Position numbers and translations under genes: made by a program
Assembly (NCBI RefSeq): GCF_009914755.1
Contig: NC_060935.1
Reading direction: 5' to 3' (one strand)
DNA: 64,000 nucleotides
Origin: the human T2T-CHM13v2.0 reference genome, Homo sapiens
Notes under the pieces: generated by a model
Database searches by the model: none
Seen by the model: only the letters and a program-made list of their open reading frames with translations
What the model was told of the DNA's origin: nothing
Shown here: one piece after another, positions 12,641 to 25,844 of the stretch
Numbering within the stretch: the first letter of the stretch is position 1
Layout: each line of letters starts with the position of its first letter

Positions 12641-12849
12641 ATGAGCCATGATATGGAGGTCAAGGATAACACACAGAAAACCGCAGAATGTTTCTGTTGT
12701 TTGCCCCAGTATCTTGAATTCTGGATGATACCTTAAAAAATTTCTCAACAACACTGAAATATCTGAGTTTGGAGATTATTTTAGGTAATATCTGATTTTA
12801 AAGCCAGTAAATAAATCACTTCTTTACTATATTTCTCAAAAACAGTGCC

Positions 12850-13080
12850 TGAAACTACAGAGACAGAGAATAGATAGATGAGTGATTGCCAGAGGCTGAG
12901 AATGAGAGGGGGGTTGACTTCAAAGGGGCATGAGGGAACTTTTGGGGGTGATGGAATGGTTATGTGTTTTGACTGTGGTGGTGGTCATGTAACTCTACCA
13001 GTTTGTCAAAATTCATACAGTAGTACACTTAAAATGTGTTAATTTTCTGTATGTACATTATATCTCAATAAATCTGATAT
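12850..13080 (+). mobile_element. Old L1 (L1MB/ME-like) 3' end
   Basis: gattgccagaggctgag...ggggtgatggaatgg...tttgtcaaaattcat...tatatctcaataaa. Confidence 0.7.
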
Positions 13081-13183
13081 GAAGGAAGTGGCCTGGGCCT
13101 GGTGGCTGAGTGGGTGCAAAGGTAAGGGACAATGTCTGAGCAGTGGCTGGGGTTTCAATCCTAGTTAGGTCCCTAAGAGCACA

Positions 13184-13635
13184 GTCAGAGCCCTGTGCAT
13201 GGCTAGGGAAAGGAATTATGACACAGGGGAAGACAGATGTCATCCCGCTGCCTTCCACACTCACTCTCTATCCTTTTTCACCCTGCTCTGTGCCCTGGGA
13301 GGCTGGTCCACATGGCCTGGATCAATGGTTCCCTTGAGCTGTGACTTCTGGTTGGGTTCCACCACCAGGAGGAGGTTGTCAGGGTGGGAAGAGAGTGAGG
13401 TGGAGATTTCCGTTCTCCGGCTCCCTCACCGCCATGCCTCTATTGAAGACCATACATCCATGTCAAGCAGCACTCTCAGCTGGCTAACTTCTCCAGGTTC
13501 TAGTAACCCCTCCTTCCCCCTTGCCCCTTCATGCCCCTTCATGGTATCCTAGAACCATTAGCCAGGGGGTAGTACCATTCCTTGACACACTGCCCTCACT
13601 TTTGTACCCAGCTTCTTAAACTCTCCTCAAATTAA
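13184..13635. mobile_element. LTR33-like ERVL LTR
   Basis: ctgctctgtgccctgggaggctgg...cttctggttgggttcc...ggaagagagtgaggtggag; similar to the copy at 43350. Confidence 0.6.
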
Positions 13636-15169
13636 AAGCAAATGAATGATCAAATGACAAACCCCATAACCCGCTGCCTGAATACTTCCATTGCCAGGAA
13701 GGGCACTGTCAAACTCTTCTATCATGGGGAGGCTCTGCAAACTGGAAAACGTTCATTTTCTTCCCTCTTCAGCCCTGCAGAGCGAGTTGGTCCCTTCTCC
13801 CTTCGTCAGCATTTCAGACAACTGCAGAGAGCCATGCTGGTCTCCTAAGTCTTCCTTTTAGGGATCTGGAAGATATCTGTCTGTGGCCTGTTATAATGAG
13901 AACAACCTATATATATCTTGCTATTAGCAATTCCCACAGAGCAGCATGAAGGAATCGATCTTGGAGAGAGAAGGCGTTAATGCAGGATCCTGTATCTTTA
14001 TCACTTTTTCCTCCTTCTAAAAGACCAAGTTCAATCATCTCCATTTCCCATTCTTTGGGCTATAAAGTTAAATCTATGGCTCCTGTCCAAAAGGCCTGAT
14101 GTGAAGTCAAAGAGAAAGGAGGGAAAATGAGCCTTACTGCACACAAATAACACCTAGGCCCAAGTGTAATAGGCTCATGCTAATGAGGCAACAGCATCTG
14201 AGATCCTGATATTGTATGAGCTGAGCCAGATGGAAATGAATGGGTGTTGGGGGGTGGATAAATTCACCCTGGCCTCTATCTGTAATTCTTTCTCTACACA
14301 TCTCATGTCCATTTCACCTGTATCTTAGCCCCAGAACATAAAATACACAGTTCGGCCACCATGCTTTTGCCCATGCTGCTCTTCTGCCTAGAGTACCCTT
14401 GGCAGACTTAACCATTTTGCAAGGCCTCTTATTCAACCAAGTCTTAATTTAGCACAGGTACCTTGTGCCAGGCTTTGTGCTAGGGATTGAGTATGTGAAA
14501 GCAGAGAGTAAGACAAGAGGAGATGGGGGAGTGAAACTCCATTAAAAAGAAGGGAAGTCTAATATGTCTTCTAACTGAATTGCTACCATACTGAAGTCCA
14601 GTTTGTATGATGAAATGTCAGAGATATTGACAGTCTATACCACTCTACGCAACTTGCACTTAATGCTCAAGTTCACCTCTATCACCATTTCCTAGATAGC
14701 CTCAAGAACTGCATGACCCAGGGTCTTCCAGACCAAGAACTGCAATATTATTCCAACAAGCAAAGCTCTCTAATAGCTGCCTTTTGAAGAGCAGCAATTA
14801 AGCATTAAGCTTAGCAACATTCTCAGTTATAAATTAAACTATCACCACTTCAAGCAAGGGTTCTGATTTTTTTTTTGTACTCCACAATCAGTCCTTCTTG
14901 TGCAGTTGAAAAATGCAAATGCAACCTAATTTAAGAAAGGATCCCTCATTGCTATTACACAAATTGGAATGTTCCACTGTGGTTACCCAGAAGATGCAGA
15001 AGCCCACATCTGAGACTCCACCCTTTATATCCTGGTGCAATTTCCTAGAGATATAGAAATACAGACTAGGAAGGACCTTACAGGACAATCCACTCCTGCC
15101 ACACTGTGGGTGAGGTCCAAGGACGGGTAACAACCATCTCCCAAGGCGACCAGTAAGGGACATCTCCTT

Positions 15170-15440
15170 TATCACATGCTCTGTGTTTTTCAACATCATC
15201 TCATTTAACCTGCACAACAGCCTTATGAAAGTAATACTATTATTCCTCCCACTTTGCGTTTTTCAACATCATCTCATTTAACCTGCACAACAGCCTTATG
15301 AAAGTAATACTATTATTCCTCCCACTTTGCAGATGAGGAAACCAAGGATCAAATGGCTAAACAGCTGGAGAGTGGCAGTGCTGAGATTTCTGCGGAGGTG
15401 GTCAGGCTCCAAATCCCATCTTCCTTCCTGATGAGAACCC
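15170..15440 (-). mobile_element. MIR containing a 73-bp tandem duplication
   Basis: tctcatttaacctgcacaacagccttatg...gcagatgaggaaacc. Confidence 0.75.
15185..15330. repeat. Perfect 2 x 73-bp tandem duplication
   Basis: 15185-15257 is identical to 15258-15330. Confidence 0.95.
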
Positions 15441-16029
15441 CACGCTGCATTAGAGAAATCACAGAAAATGGCGCCACTGCCCTGCAGGGCAGACCTGGAC
15501 CTGATGATACAGCAATCAGCAACCAGTGTCCTCTCAGGTCTTCATTTAAATGTAAAGCCGCTCCTCATTTTAGATTTATTAACAAGCCTTTTTCGTCTCC
15601 TATTCCAAAGGCCTACCTGGCAAGACAGGTGCTTGAAGAAACCTCAAGTTACTAATCTGAGGCTCTTCTGCAGCACGCAGTGTCTGCGTTTTACATACAG
15701 ATTCAGAACACAAGGGAAGCTGTCAGTTTTATCTGCACAGAAGCAACAGTTAGTGAATCACAAATCAAGTTTTGTCCTAGTTAGAGAAATGATGTGAGCT
15801 GCTTTGCAGCTGACGATTCTTCTTGTGGCTGCATTGCTGGAACAGTGAGACATCCCTACAAATGTTTTCTGACAGGTCCCCCTGGTTGTTCTGTCAGCTG
15901 CCCTTGTGACTAACACGGGCCAGGAAGCCTGTTGGTGCTGCAGTGAGACAAGCCAGGTCCAAGTTCTCACTCAGGAGTAACTAATACTCTGTTACATGAG
16001 ATGCTAATAATTCTAATAATACTTTTAAC

Positions 16030-16700
16030 AACAGTAGTGTCTAACTTTTACTGAGTGCTCTGTGTCAGGGAGTGAGCTAGGTACTTCTTGTAAATTATCT
16101 TACAGAAATTTCACCCCAACCCTGTGAAGTAACCACTATTATAATCCTCACTTTACAGATAGGGCAACTGAGGCAGAGAGAGGTTGTGTAAACTCGCCAA
16201 ATGTCACAAAGCTTGGAAGCAGCAGTGCTGAGATTTAAAAGCAGGCAGCCTAATTTCAGAACCTATGCTCTCAACCATCATGCGGCTCCTGGTTCCCTCT
16301 CCTATAAAATGGGACAGTCTTTCCAGCCACTTCCATAAGGAAAGTGAAAACCAAGGTTCAGAGAGGTTAAGCAAACTGCCCAAGTTTACACCATCAGCAA
16401 GTGATACAGCCAGGGTCTGAAGTGAGATCTTTTGATTCTACATTGTCTGTTCCAGCCCAGGGCCTATATAGCATAGTTGGCTGAAAGCATGGCCTTTGAA
16501 ATCCCAAGTCTTGGTTGCATCCCAGCTATGTCATATACTGGCTATGTGACCCAGGCAAGTTGCAAACTTCTCTGAGCTTTAGTTTCCTTTTCTAGAAAAT
16601 ACAGAAAATCATACTCATCCCACAGAATTGTGGTGAGGGTCCAGAGAAATGATACACGTAATGGGCCTGGCCCAGTACTAGGCACATAGCAAAAATTCAA
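16030..16700. mobile_element. Cluster of MIR fragments in both orientations
   Basis: ttacagatagggcaactgaggcagagagagg; ggttcagagaggttaagcaaactgcccaag; gtgacccaggcaagttgcaaacttctctgagc. Confidence 0.7.
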
Positions 16701-17633
16701 AAAGCCAAATATTAAGATGGGAGAATTACAGCATACAGGTTAAAAGTGTGAGCTCAAAAGAGAAAATAATTCGAAAGCATCAGCTCAAGAGCTTGAGTGC
16801 CTGTGGTTGGGAGGATCATAGCCCTAACATTTACCATGCAACAGTGGGCAAGCTACTTAAGCTCATGGGGGCTCAGTGTCCTCATCTGTCAATTGCGAAT
16901 AATAACTCATGATTGTTAGGAGATTTCAGTGAGGAAACACAAGCAACGTGCTCAGAACAGAAGGGCACGTGGACAGCATACAATCAAAACTAACTGCTCT
17001 TTATGAATGATAAACAGCAGCCAAATGTGATTTTTACTACTCTATATCACACCTTTTTTGCTAAACATGTTTTAAAAACAATTAAATGCTATACAATAAA
17101 GCATTTAATTGCTTAACAACTGGCAGTACAAGCTTCAGGGTCTGACCTAAAACTAGCATTGCCCCTTTCGACATCATCTCATGTAACCTGCACAACAGCC
17201 CCCATTGTGTTCTGCCAACAGATTTCTCCAGAAAAGAAAAGACCGGGTATTCAAATGGAGACTAACAAGGACCTGAGAACTGTACTAGGAAGAACTGGTG
17301 AATAAAGCACTGTAAACTCATCCTCAGTGGCTGTCCTTCTGAATTGGTGCCTTTGGAGACAAAAATACATATTTTCTCTCTGAAGAGATCCCACAGCTGT
17401 GTGAGGGTCCTCCCTGGATTCCCAGCTCAGGCCAGAGCAGCCAAGTAGCACTCCCAGGAGAGGAGGAGATGGCCCATGGGCAAGCCTCTGGCTTCCGCAG
17501 TCTCTGTTGGTGGTAAGTGCTGACTCCAGTGTCTCTACTTTCTCATGAAAATACCTGTAAATGTATCTGTAATTGAAATGTCCCTGGTGGCACAAGTTTC
17601 TCAAGACACTTTCTAACTAAGAAATGGAACATC

Positions 17634-17946
17634 AGCTGGGCGTGGTGCCGCATACCTGTAATCCCAGCCTGTTGGGAAGCTGAGGCAGGAAGATCATTTG
17701 AGGCCAGGAGTTTATGGCAGCTTGGGCAACATATTAGACCTCATCTCTACACACACACACAAATTTAAAAAGTAGCCAGGTGCAGTGGGGCACAACTGTA
17801 GTCCCGGCTGCTCGGGAGGCTGAGGTGGAAGGATCACTGGAGCCCAGGAATTCAAGGCTGCAGTGAGCTATGACTGTGCCGGTGCACTCCAGCTTGGGTG
17901 ACAGAGTGAGACCCCCATCTCTAAACAAACAAACAAACAAACAAAC
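17634..17946 (+). mobile_element. Alu (AluJ-like) with a (CA)n linker and (AAAC)n tail
   Basis: Dimeric Alu with the J-type right arm ggatcactggagcccaggaattcaaggctgcagtgagctatga. Confidence 0.9.
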
Positions 17947-20165
17947 TAAATGTCAAATGAATCTGTCAGGATTACCAACCAGACGTGACAGCCCTAGGCA
18001 GATAACAGCAAAAGAAAAACTATTTTCCACCCTCTGTTTCTGCCTCCCACTCTGGTGGTGAGGTGATGCAATTCTTATCTGGAACCTGATAGGATGTAGA
18101 AAATAATTACAAATGAAAAGGTTATTCATAATTCTTAAATGAGTTAATTAGTAAACCCAGTCAGACTCACTCATTACAGTAATTAATAATTGATTATACT
18201 TGAAATTAAACACAATTTTTCATCAAAAATCTAATTAAATATCTGTGCTTTTGCCTGTTGATTAGATCGGTTGGTCTGCTGGAAAAGGGTCTTTGTTAGG
18301 GATATTTGTGCTCAGCTGAGACAATTAATTTGATTTTTAATAATTGATAGTTCCTTCCAAGTTAGTCGTCACAGCCTGTAATTATGGCCAAGCAACAAGA
18401 TGCTTATGCCTTGTCCTCAGCAGCTGCAGGAGAGCAAGCAATAAGGCTGCTACCCCCTAGCTTGTGAAGCAAGGGTGGGATGGCCTGCACACCTGCAACG
18501 CGTTCACCTGCGTTGGCTTATACCAAGCTCACAAGCATCCTTCTGAGGTATGGGTTGTGCCTATTTTCTAGATGAGCAAATCAGAACTCAGAAAGAGAAA
18601 TGACTTTCCCAAGGGTGAGCAGCTGCTGTGTGGTAGAGCAGGGCCTGGAATCCAGGGCTGTCATGGTAGGTGTAAGCTCTTCCCCAACACCTTGCTGACT
18701 CTCCAGGAAACAAAGGGAATGCCCAGGCTTGCCTCTCTGGCTTGATCCTTGTATATGAGCCCTAGCATCCAGTCCAAGTATTTCGACACAGACACAATAT
18801 TATCTGTGTAGAAATATCTGTGTTATTCTTGGCAAGGACACACTATCAGTGAACTGACCATTCCTGGCTCAAGACACAAATTCTTCAAAATTGACCTTCG
18901 ATCCACCTCCTCTTCTCCACCTACGTTGTCAGTGTTGTAATTGAAGCGATCAGCTTTTCCTGACTAGTTGACTGCAATAGTTTCCCAACAGGTAAGCTTC
19001 TACTCCTCCTTCCTCTACCCTTACCTTTCTAAAATAAAAATCTGTGTCCTATCACTGCTTAAAACTGTTCAGTGGTACCCCAGTTGCCCACCCAATTAGG
19101 TCCTCAACTTGTCCTCCAAGCTGATCTCCACAATCTGATGAAACACTTCTGTATTAGCTCCAACGGTGCACCCCACACTCCTCAAATGCTTCAAACACAG
19201 AAAACATCTTTGCTACCACATCATCCTCTTTCAAGTCTTTGAAAGCTCCCTTGCTTTGAAATACCCTTTCTGTATGTCTACTTCTGGCTAATGCCTACTT
19301 TAAAATTCAGCTCAAACATCACCTTTCCCAGGAAGCCTTCCCTACTCCTCTTGGCTGGGGTTGGGTATTCCCACAGCCTCTGAGCTCTGTGTAAATCAGT
19401 CACTGTTTCAGATTTGCCTGCTAACATAGCTATCTCTTCTTTTAAGCTACGAATACCTCAAGGGTAGTGACTATATATTTAACCCTGGCACTTAGCATAG
19501 AGCCTGGCTCAAAGCAGGTATTCCATATGGTTTGCTGAGTGAAAAATAAAATTCACAAAATTGTGGATTTGAAGACTGTCAACGTTGGAAGGAAAATTAA
19601 AGGTTACCCAGTGAAAACTCCCAGGCAGTGCTTGAATCTTATTCTAAGTGGTCCCTGAGCTCTATCTGTATCCTTCCTCAGACAGAGAGCTCACTAATTC
19701 CCACAGTTGCCCCTATCTTTAAATAGCTGAAGACTAATCATGTATTCTTATTAACTGGGAGAGAAAGAAGCCATGAGATGGAAAACAGGAGAGAGTTTGA
19801 TTAATCATGTAAACACTTACTCTTTCTCACTGAATTAGGCTATATGATATAAACCTTAAGACTTCAACGCAAAACAAATGGATGTGTATAGCAGCAAACT
19901 ACTCAAATTATGACTTATGACTGCCTGTCCAGAAGTCTACTCACTTATGAAAAATAATAATGTTAGTCAAAACCAAGAGCTGTGCCAGTGGTTGGTGGTG
20001 ACATACTATTCGTGGTGCCAGAAGAAACCTTCATGCCAAGTAATGGTACTGGAACTATACAACCCTCATTGGTAACCCACTCTATATCAACGATGCACCT
20101 CACAGAGTCTGGGTAGGCCTTGACCTCTCCCAGTCTGGCTGTTTCATTTATACAATGACCCATAG

Positions 20166-20360
20166 CAGGGATGGCAAATACTTGACATGTTATCAATATT
20201 CTCCATTTCTGTGACCATAACAGACATCACTAATCAATCACAGATAGTCTCTTACATTGAGCCTAAATATAGCCCCAGTATCTTCCTCAACACAGCATTC
20301 TAGGCAGCAGCAACTAAACAATCAGACAGAAGAAGAGATGACATGCATGCCACCTTGGCC
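20166..20360. mobile_element. hAT-Charlie fossil (Charlie4z-like)
   Basis: cagggatggcaaatac terminus; cagacatcactaatcaatcac...ctcaacacagcattctaggcagc. Confidence 0.6.
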
Positions 20361-21780
20361 TTGGAGCCATGGAATTGTCTAAGCCAATATTCAGAAGGGG
20401 AAAAGAGACCTGACATGCCAGAGGAGGCTTATTACAGCTTGAGATATTGAAGGGGACCTCCCTCTTTGCAGGACTGTCATCTTCCTGGTCACTTATTTTT
20501 ATAAAATTCAAGAATCTTGAGTGGAATTGACCTTACAGCTTATGCCACTCAAACCCCATCCATGCTTGAACCACTTCTCTATCTCTTGAACATGTGATGG
20601 CCCATGTTGTATTAATCATTCTTAGTGACACCTCTTACTACTTCTCAAGACAGCCCCTGTTCAGCCACAGTGACTTTGCTGGTTACCAAGTTCTTTTTCA
20701 CAGTGGGCAGCACTGTCTTTTTTGGCCTCTGCCAGTTAGTTCTATTTCTGTTTACTGGGCTTGTGCTGAAAAAGTCCCCTTTGCTTGCAGAATTATCTTA
20801 GAATTCCTTAGCATGGGTTCGAGGCCTTCTCAAGCTGGCCCAACCTACCTTAAGCCTTTGAATTACAGGAAAGGACCTCTAGGGTTAAGCCAATCTCCCT
20901 TCCAATGCCTTTACTAAGAGGCTGATTTATATAGAGGCAGCAGATGCTACACAACACCCACAGATCTCTTTGGATTAATATCTTTCCTGGGAAAAGACCA
21001 AAGCAAGGGGTCAGAAGTAGGAAGGGGTCAGACTGTGTTACAAATTCATCAGAAGACTGCACAGTGGGAGCCATCTGCTGTATCAAGGCAGAGGTCGGGA
21101 GGAGCTCCTTATATCTGTGTTTGCACCCAGGGTCAGGTGAGCACTGCTCCGTGTCTGTGCGCCCTCAGCCAGCGTTCTCTGCTCTCTGTGCTGGCTGGGA
21201 CCTTCTGCTTCTCAGTCAGAATTTCCCTGGGTTCCTGACCATGGTTTAACTCTGGACCTTGGTTCCCACAATACCCTCAGACTGCCTTGCCAGACATCTA
21301 CCTTCAGACGTGCTTTCCTGCCAGTTTCCCTCCAAGCCCAGGGTGCTCCACCTCCTTCCTGCTCCTCACTGCAGCCACACAGTTCCAACAGGAGAGGCTA
21401 CCTGCTGTTCAGCCTCTCCAACTTGTCATTTAGTTGTATTGACTCAATCCATGACACTTATGCCATAGATCCCCATCTCAAAGGCTAGTCTTACTGAGCA
21501 CTCACGCCTTAATACCAGGCACCCAACACACAAAAGGACAGATGCCCAGCTTCCTTCCTGATATAAGTGCAGAGGGATGGAGAGGAAAGAGAGGAGGGCC
21601 CTGAAGAGCTGCCCTTGCAGTGTCAGGGGTGCAGACTGTCCAGAACTCCAGGGCTGCCTGGCTCACACTGCGTGCTTTGCCTGCCATGCTAGTAAGGAGC
21701 CTTCAGTGCCCACACGTGTCTTGGTTGCTGCCCTCTGGGCCAAAGAGGAGCAAGGGGAGCTGGGGTGAAGAGGTGCTTAC

Positions 21781-22016
21781 CCACAAAGTATGCCAGCAGG
21801 ATGACCAGAGTGGCTGAGATGACGATGGCGCTCAGGGCTGCGCACTTCCAGTTACAGTACTTGGAGGGCTTCTTGAGGTTAAAGGCCGGCCGGGCGAAGG
21901 TGCTGCGGGGCAGGGGTCGGGGCGGAGGAGAGTACACTGTGCTGGACGTCAGTGGGTACCCTGGTGATGTGGTGCAGAAGAGCGGGGAGGTGCCTCCAGG
22001 CTTGAAGAGGAAGTGC
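21781..22016 (-). CDS. TENM4: Teneurin-4 coding exon: end of the intracellular domain and most of the transmembrane helix ([40 protein letters not shown]...[27 protein letters not shown]), 236 nt, phase 2 to phase 1
   Basis: Acceptor ctgcag|G at 22018-22017 and donor G|gtaagc at 21780-21775. Length is 1+78x3+1 nt. It has the teneurin [18 protein letters not shown] motifs followed by a hydrophobic stretch. Confidence 0.97.
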
Positions 22017-23233
22017 CTGCAGATGGAGAGCAGCAAGAGGGTGTCAGGGGCTGCCCACAGACCAGGCACCCAGACAAACCTGGAGGCCAGAGGCGGCAGT
22101 AGAAGAAGCATGCAGAGGAGCCTGGATAGAGAGAGTCACCACAGAGACCTGGGAAAGGACAGGAACAAGGAGAGCTACGGACTAGACCATGGAACAGGGC
22201 ACACAGAGACACGTTTCCACTGAACACGGATGGGACAGCCCTACCCATGGGAAAACCCACCCAAGGCAAGGCAGAAGGTGTTAACCAACTCAACAGAAGG
22301 CTGGCACTGAGATCCTTTTCCTGGGAACGGATGGGGCTGGGATACTGTTTCTTGGGGAATAAACTTCCTATTCTCTAAAATTATTACAGTAACTTGGAAA
22401 GTATCTAAAATCCTGTTGTGTACCCTGGAGATAATGAGACTTAAAATTGTTCTTCTCCCTCCAATGCTTCTGTTGCCGGTGTATCTCAACTGAGGATTGG
22501 AATACCCTTCTTTTTAAAGGGGGTTTTATTGGTGTTGAAGCCAAGAAACCACCACTAAGTTATGCCATGGCCATTAGTCCCCTAGTGGCTGTCACACAGC
22601 CAATGGCAGCAAATGCCTTCAAAGCACTCTGTCCAGAAGCCAGACTGCTGCCTCCCAAGTCCAAGGTGAAAGCTGTGTCGGGGGACAGACAGGCAACTGC
22701 ACCCTACAGCCTAGTCATGAGGGCAGCGGGGTATGGTCAAAGCACATGGTTGTGACCAAACTAGGTGTCAGGAGCTCCTCCACAGCTTGGCTTTAACCAT
22801 GGCCATGGGAGGACTTGCACACAGCCTGGGAAATGGAGTGTGCTGGTTGCACTGTATCCCCCAGAAGCCTTAGGGCAAACCCACCCCTATTGGGGTACAA
22901 GGTGCCTCAGGTCACAGAATACACACTCAGGGCCAGAGTCCATACAATACAGGGCCTGTGCTGCATTAAAAATGCTATGTGAGATGGTTTTGGAATGGCA
23001 ACGGCAGCCAATGAGATGCCAAGAGCTGCATATTAACAAGACTGCTGTTAATATGCTGGGGGATAGGGTATTTAAAGGATAAACTGTTGCAAGTTGAACA
23101 TGGACTTGGTGATGAGCATGCCACATGGATCACCTCCCCCAGAAGATCCCAGGGAAAGGTCTCAGGGTCTGCATGCAAGTGCAGGAGCCACAAGGAGAGC
23201 ACACACAGAGAGGAGAATGGGGATGTCACCTAC

Positions 23234-23332
23234 CCGTCACTGTAAGCCCCATCATGGCGGGAGGCGCCGAGAATGTCCATCTCAATGAGGTTGTCCTGCA
23301 ATGTCCCTAGGAATGGCTGCTTGCCTAGGTTT
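23234..23332 (-). CDS. TENM4: Teneurin-4 99-nt coding exon ([34 protein letters not shown]), phase 2 to phase 2
   Basis: Translated by hand from the reverse complement. Acceptor gtgcgtag|A at 23334-23333 and donor GG|gtaggt at 23233-23228. No stop codon; it joins ...PLETR to HFLFKPG... as in the TENM4 protein I recall. Confidence 0.93.
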
Positions 23333-23899
23333 CTACGCACACATGGAGACATGAATGAAGCAATGAGTCATGCATTGATGAAGGGGGCTAGTAGAGAAAC
23401 ACACAAAGTGGCTGTTTGGTGCAGCTGTGTGCGTAAGACCAGCGGGACACGGTTTCCAGGCAATGGGTCAGTGTGCAAGCCACATGTGCAAGGGGTCCAC
23501 CTGGCACAGAGCATCCAGAGAGAATACTGTCTATATAAAAACAAGGTTTGGCAGTTGTGTGCATCAAATCACAGTTCTCACTGGAGAGGACTGACATGTG
23601 TCCGGGACTGAGCTAGGTATGCTACATCCAGCCTCTCAAATCTTCAAAATGGCTATGTGAGGAAGGCAATGTAATCCTCATTCTACAGGTGAGGAAACTG
23701 AGATGTGGAGAGGTAATGGGTCTTGCCAAGGTCACCAGCTAGCAAAGTTCAAAGCAGGAATTAGAGCTCAGGTTCCAAAGCCTGTGCTCTCTCTCTCTAC
23801 TTGAGGCTGCTTACATCAGCTTAAACAGTGGCTAGAGACACTCATTTGGCTAGTCCAAAGAAAAAAAAAAGTTAGCATTTTTGGCCATTGTCTTCTAAA

Positions 23900-24050
23900 G
23901 CCATGGTTCTCCAACTTTCTGGAGAGCTGAGCATTGCTGAGGCCCATCCCTAGGGATTCTGTCAGCAGGTTGGGTGGGGCCTGAGGATCTGTATTTCTCC
24001 CAGGCCCCCAGGTTAATGCTGACCATGGTCAGAGGATCATCGTCCTTTAG
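23900..24050. mobile_element. MER5-like fragment
   Basis: catggttctccaactt...gggtggggcctgaggatctgtatttct...ccccaggttaatgctga. Confidence 0.5.
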
Positions 24051-25771
24051 CGGTGCAGGGACCTGGGTGATAACTGGCTAGCAAGGATGGAGCTCCACGG
24101 AAGACAAAAGAGGATGCTCTTTGTTCCCCAAGTGCATAGCATTTTGTGACTTTACCTATTTCTAACCCAGAATGAAGACAGACATACTTGCCCTTTTTGG
24201 TCTCAACCAGGTCTGCTGAGTGACATGATTCACACTCAAGTAGGCTGGAGCCTGTCTCCTGATCTTTTCAGGACAGCTATCACCTCACTTTCAGACTCTG
24301 TGGTGAATCATTTGTAACAATCCAGTGGTGGCTTCAGCCTGTTGCATGCACCCAAGAAAGGAACTGACTGCAGAAAGCCAACTTTGGACCCAGCCCTGCC
24401 AAGGACCTTCTTTCTGACTTCGACCAGGTCTTAGAGCCAGTATTCCCAAATTCAAGACCCTTTTATGCCACTCTCTTCCTGTGCAACTTTGGGTATAACC
24501 CTTAACCTTTCTTTATCTTATGTTCTTCATGTAAGAAGGGATTACAGTACTGAGCTCACAAGGTTGTTATATGGATCGGCTGAGATAATGGTGGAAGAAG
24601 TATTAAGGGCTATACAAATATTATAGGAGTACTAATGCTAAGTATAATAGTTACTACCTACCCTACATCTACCACATATTATTTATTGTTCCAGAAGCTC
24701 TGCAACTATCTAATTTAAATTTTATTCTTCACAATAACCCTACAAAGTCAGTACCGTCATCTCTATTTTGTAGATTGGCAAAGCAAAGCTTGTAGAAGCA
24801 ACTTTTCTAAGGCCATATCATAAACAAGTGGAGAGCCAAGCTGGAGCCTGGGGTTATCTGACCCCAGAACTCAGGCTCTCTCCACTTTATAACCCTGTCT
24901 CTCTCTGCACAGCTTTGTGGCTACTGCCCCTGGTCAGCCTCAAAGACCCAAACGAGGAGGGGCTGTAAGTACTATCTGGAAATCCCCTTTCATTAACATC
25001 CCTTGGGACAGTGGAAGCATATGGCAACACTATTTGCAGGTACAGTGCTGAGTATGCAGTGGTGGTGGGGACCTCCTCTTTTGGTGAGTCGTGAAGCACT
25101 GTCTGGGCCAGCGGCCTGGGTGGCAGTCTGTTCTGCTGGTGTGCAAGCCCCTAAAGTCTTCCCCAGTGCCTGGGAGGAGCTTCAGAGGTGTGGACATCCC
25201 TCAGAGTGGCTCTATTTCCATCACCAGGCAGATAACCCTGCTGATGGGAGGCCTGGTGGCCCAATGGGAGGCATACAGGCCCTGAGGCCAGACAGATCTA
25301 GCTTCAGGTCCCATAATCATCATTCACTGGCCCTGGGCAGGTGACCCAATCTCTCTAAGCATCCACAGAAGGGGATAATTGTTCATTTTACAAAACCCAA
25401 AGTGTAATTTGGATCATATCACTTCTCTGCTCTCAACCCTCCAATGGCTTCATAAGCATTTTAGAATAAACCATAGTCCTTACCAGGGCCCACAAGCTCC
25501 TATAAGCTCTGGCCTCTAGTACTTCTCAAGCCTCATTTTCTATGCTACAGGTACACTGGTCTCCTTGCTGTTTCTTAAACAAGCTAAACCTTGGCTTTCC
25601 TCTGCCTCCCTCAACTATCTTTATGAATCAGAACCCTCCTGAAAATATCTTCATGGAATATAACCTCCTTCCTCCCCTCCTCAACTATTAGCTTCTTACC
25701 CTAACTAAAATAGCTCCCAGCCCACTCTTCCCAATCACTCCCTGGCCCCTTGTACTGATTTTTCAGGACTT

Positions 25772-25776
<5 letters not shown>

Positions 25777-25822
<46 letters not shown>

Positions 25823-25844
25823 CTCTCTTTCTCTCTCTCTCTTT
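25777..25844. repeat. (AC)22 microsatellite followed by a CT-rich tract
   Basis: Direct reading. Confidence 0.95.

Noticed and set aside
21689-22111. 140-aa ORF with a signal-peptide-like N-terminus
   Set aside because: Only 21781-22016 is exon. The flanks are intronic read-through across canonical splice sites.
21765-22223. 152-aa plus-strand ORF, and likewise the plus-strand ORFs at 35099-35545
   Set aside because: These are antisense shadows of GC-rich TENM4 exons with no independent support.
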